In this document: positions 63,201-64,000 of the stretch, in pieces | Numbering within the stretch: position 1 is the stretch's first letter | Layout of the letters: the number at the start of each line of letters is the position of its first letter | NCBI GenBank assembly: GCA_964016885.1 | Contig: OZ024741.1 | Location: 356,810,001 to 356,874,000 of the forward strand | DNA from: Eledone cirrhosa | Lineage: Eukaryota | Reading direction: 5' to 3' | DNA length: 64,000 bases | Translations under genes and position numbers: made by a program | Notes under the pieces: generated by a model | What the model was told of the DNA's origin: nothing | What the model saw: only the letters and a program-made list of their open reading frames with translations | Databases searched by the model: none

Positions 63201-64000
63201 GAAAATCATAGGCAGTGTCTTTCATTAGAAATATAATTTTGAAAGAGTTAATGTTGACTGTATAAATATTTAAATGAACAGCAAATAATTGATGCAGATG
63301 AACTCTACATGTTGATAGATATGTCATATGATATCAAACTTGTAGCTAAATAGATAAAAATAAAGTCAAGAACCTGCAAAATACCAAGTTGAATTGATGA
63401 CATTTTAAACAATACAGATATCTTAACGAAAAGGTTTTTATGAATGATTATCTCTCTGTTGCTTTTCATTTTATTCATTATAATAGTAACGTCAATGGTT
63501 TTCAGATTTGTGGAGAATTTTTCCAATATAGCTTTGGTGTTTCTTCATTTGTCAAGTAGTTACAAGAATCAGAATTGATGCCACTAGTGGATTGTAATTT
63601 CAGATATCAATTATATAATTGAAACAAAGTTTTTGAAATTAATATTCAGATTGCAAACAAAACAGAAAGAGAGACAGTGACAAAGAATAGTTTTTCAATA
63701 TATGTGGAGTTAGTTATTTTTATTTATTTATTTGGAAAAGCACAATTTGCATAAATTATTCATACTGTATTAACTTGATGTAAAATCCCCTATTTTACAT
63801 CTGAGAAATAGGCAAAAATCCAAACCCTGTTTATAAGCTGAGGCAAGTAATCAACACATTATGTTTAGATGGTGCAATTTTGAAATTCCCTTGAAGTTTT
63901 AATATTTTGATATTTAAAATGTTTTAAGTGCCATTTAGAGTATAGCTTTTGTTTCACAACTCCATTATGTATTGATTTTTTAGGGCTGTGGATTGGCAGC

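Noticed and set aside
63305-63526. 73-aa minus-strand ORF
   Set aside because: AT-rich, no recognisable motif or supporting exons

Overview
Eukaryotic, AT-rich, repeat-dense animal genomic DNA. The SINE/LINE/MITE repertoire and long (TA)n tracts suggest a mollusc, most likely an octopus-like cephalopod (inference). Two host genes sit head-to-head with start codons about 420 bp apart: a single-exon-CDS SPMIP1/ATP6V1FNB homolog (11866-12399, minus) and FBXL5, the iron/oxygen-sensing F-box protein (plus). Eight phase-consistent FBXL5 coding exons were traced from 12819 to 48996 (hemerythrin-like domain, F-box, LRRs). The C-terminal [2Fe-2S] exon(s) were not found and probably lie beyond the window. 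FBXL5 introns hold a nearly intact CR1-type LINE, a 5'-truncated RTE LINE, CRE, mariner and hAT remnants, many tRNA-derived SINEs, TTAA-flanked MITEs and a 79-bp double-hairpin tandem array. The most striking non-genic signal is in the first 7.3 kb: seven type-I hammerhead-ribozyme-like motifs (some intact, some degenerate) in Penelope-like fragments inserted into (TA)n. These include an inverted duplication carrying two antiparallel hammerheads and two motifs with branched helix II. Most ORFs in the supplied track are spurious (microsatellites or antisense to LINEs). All alignments and folds were done by eye.
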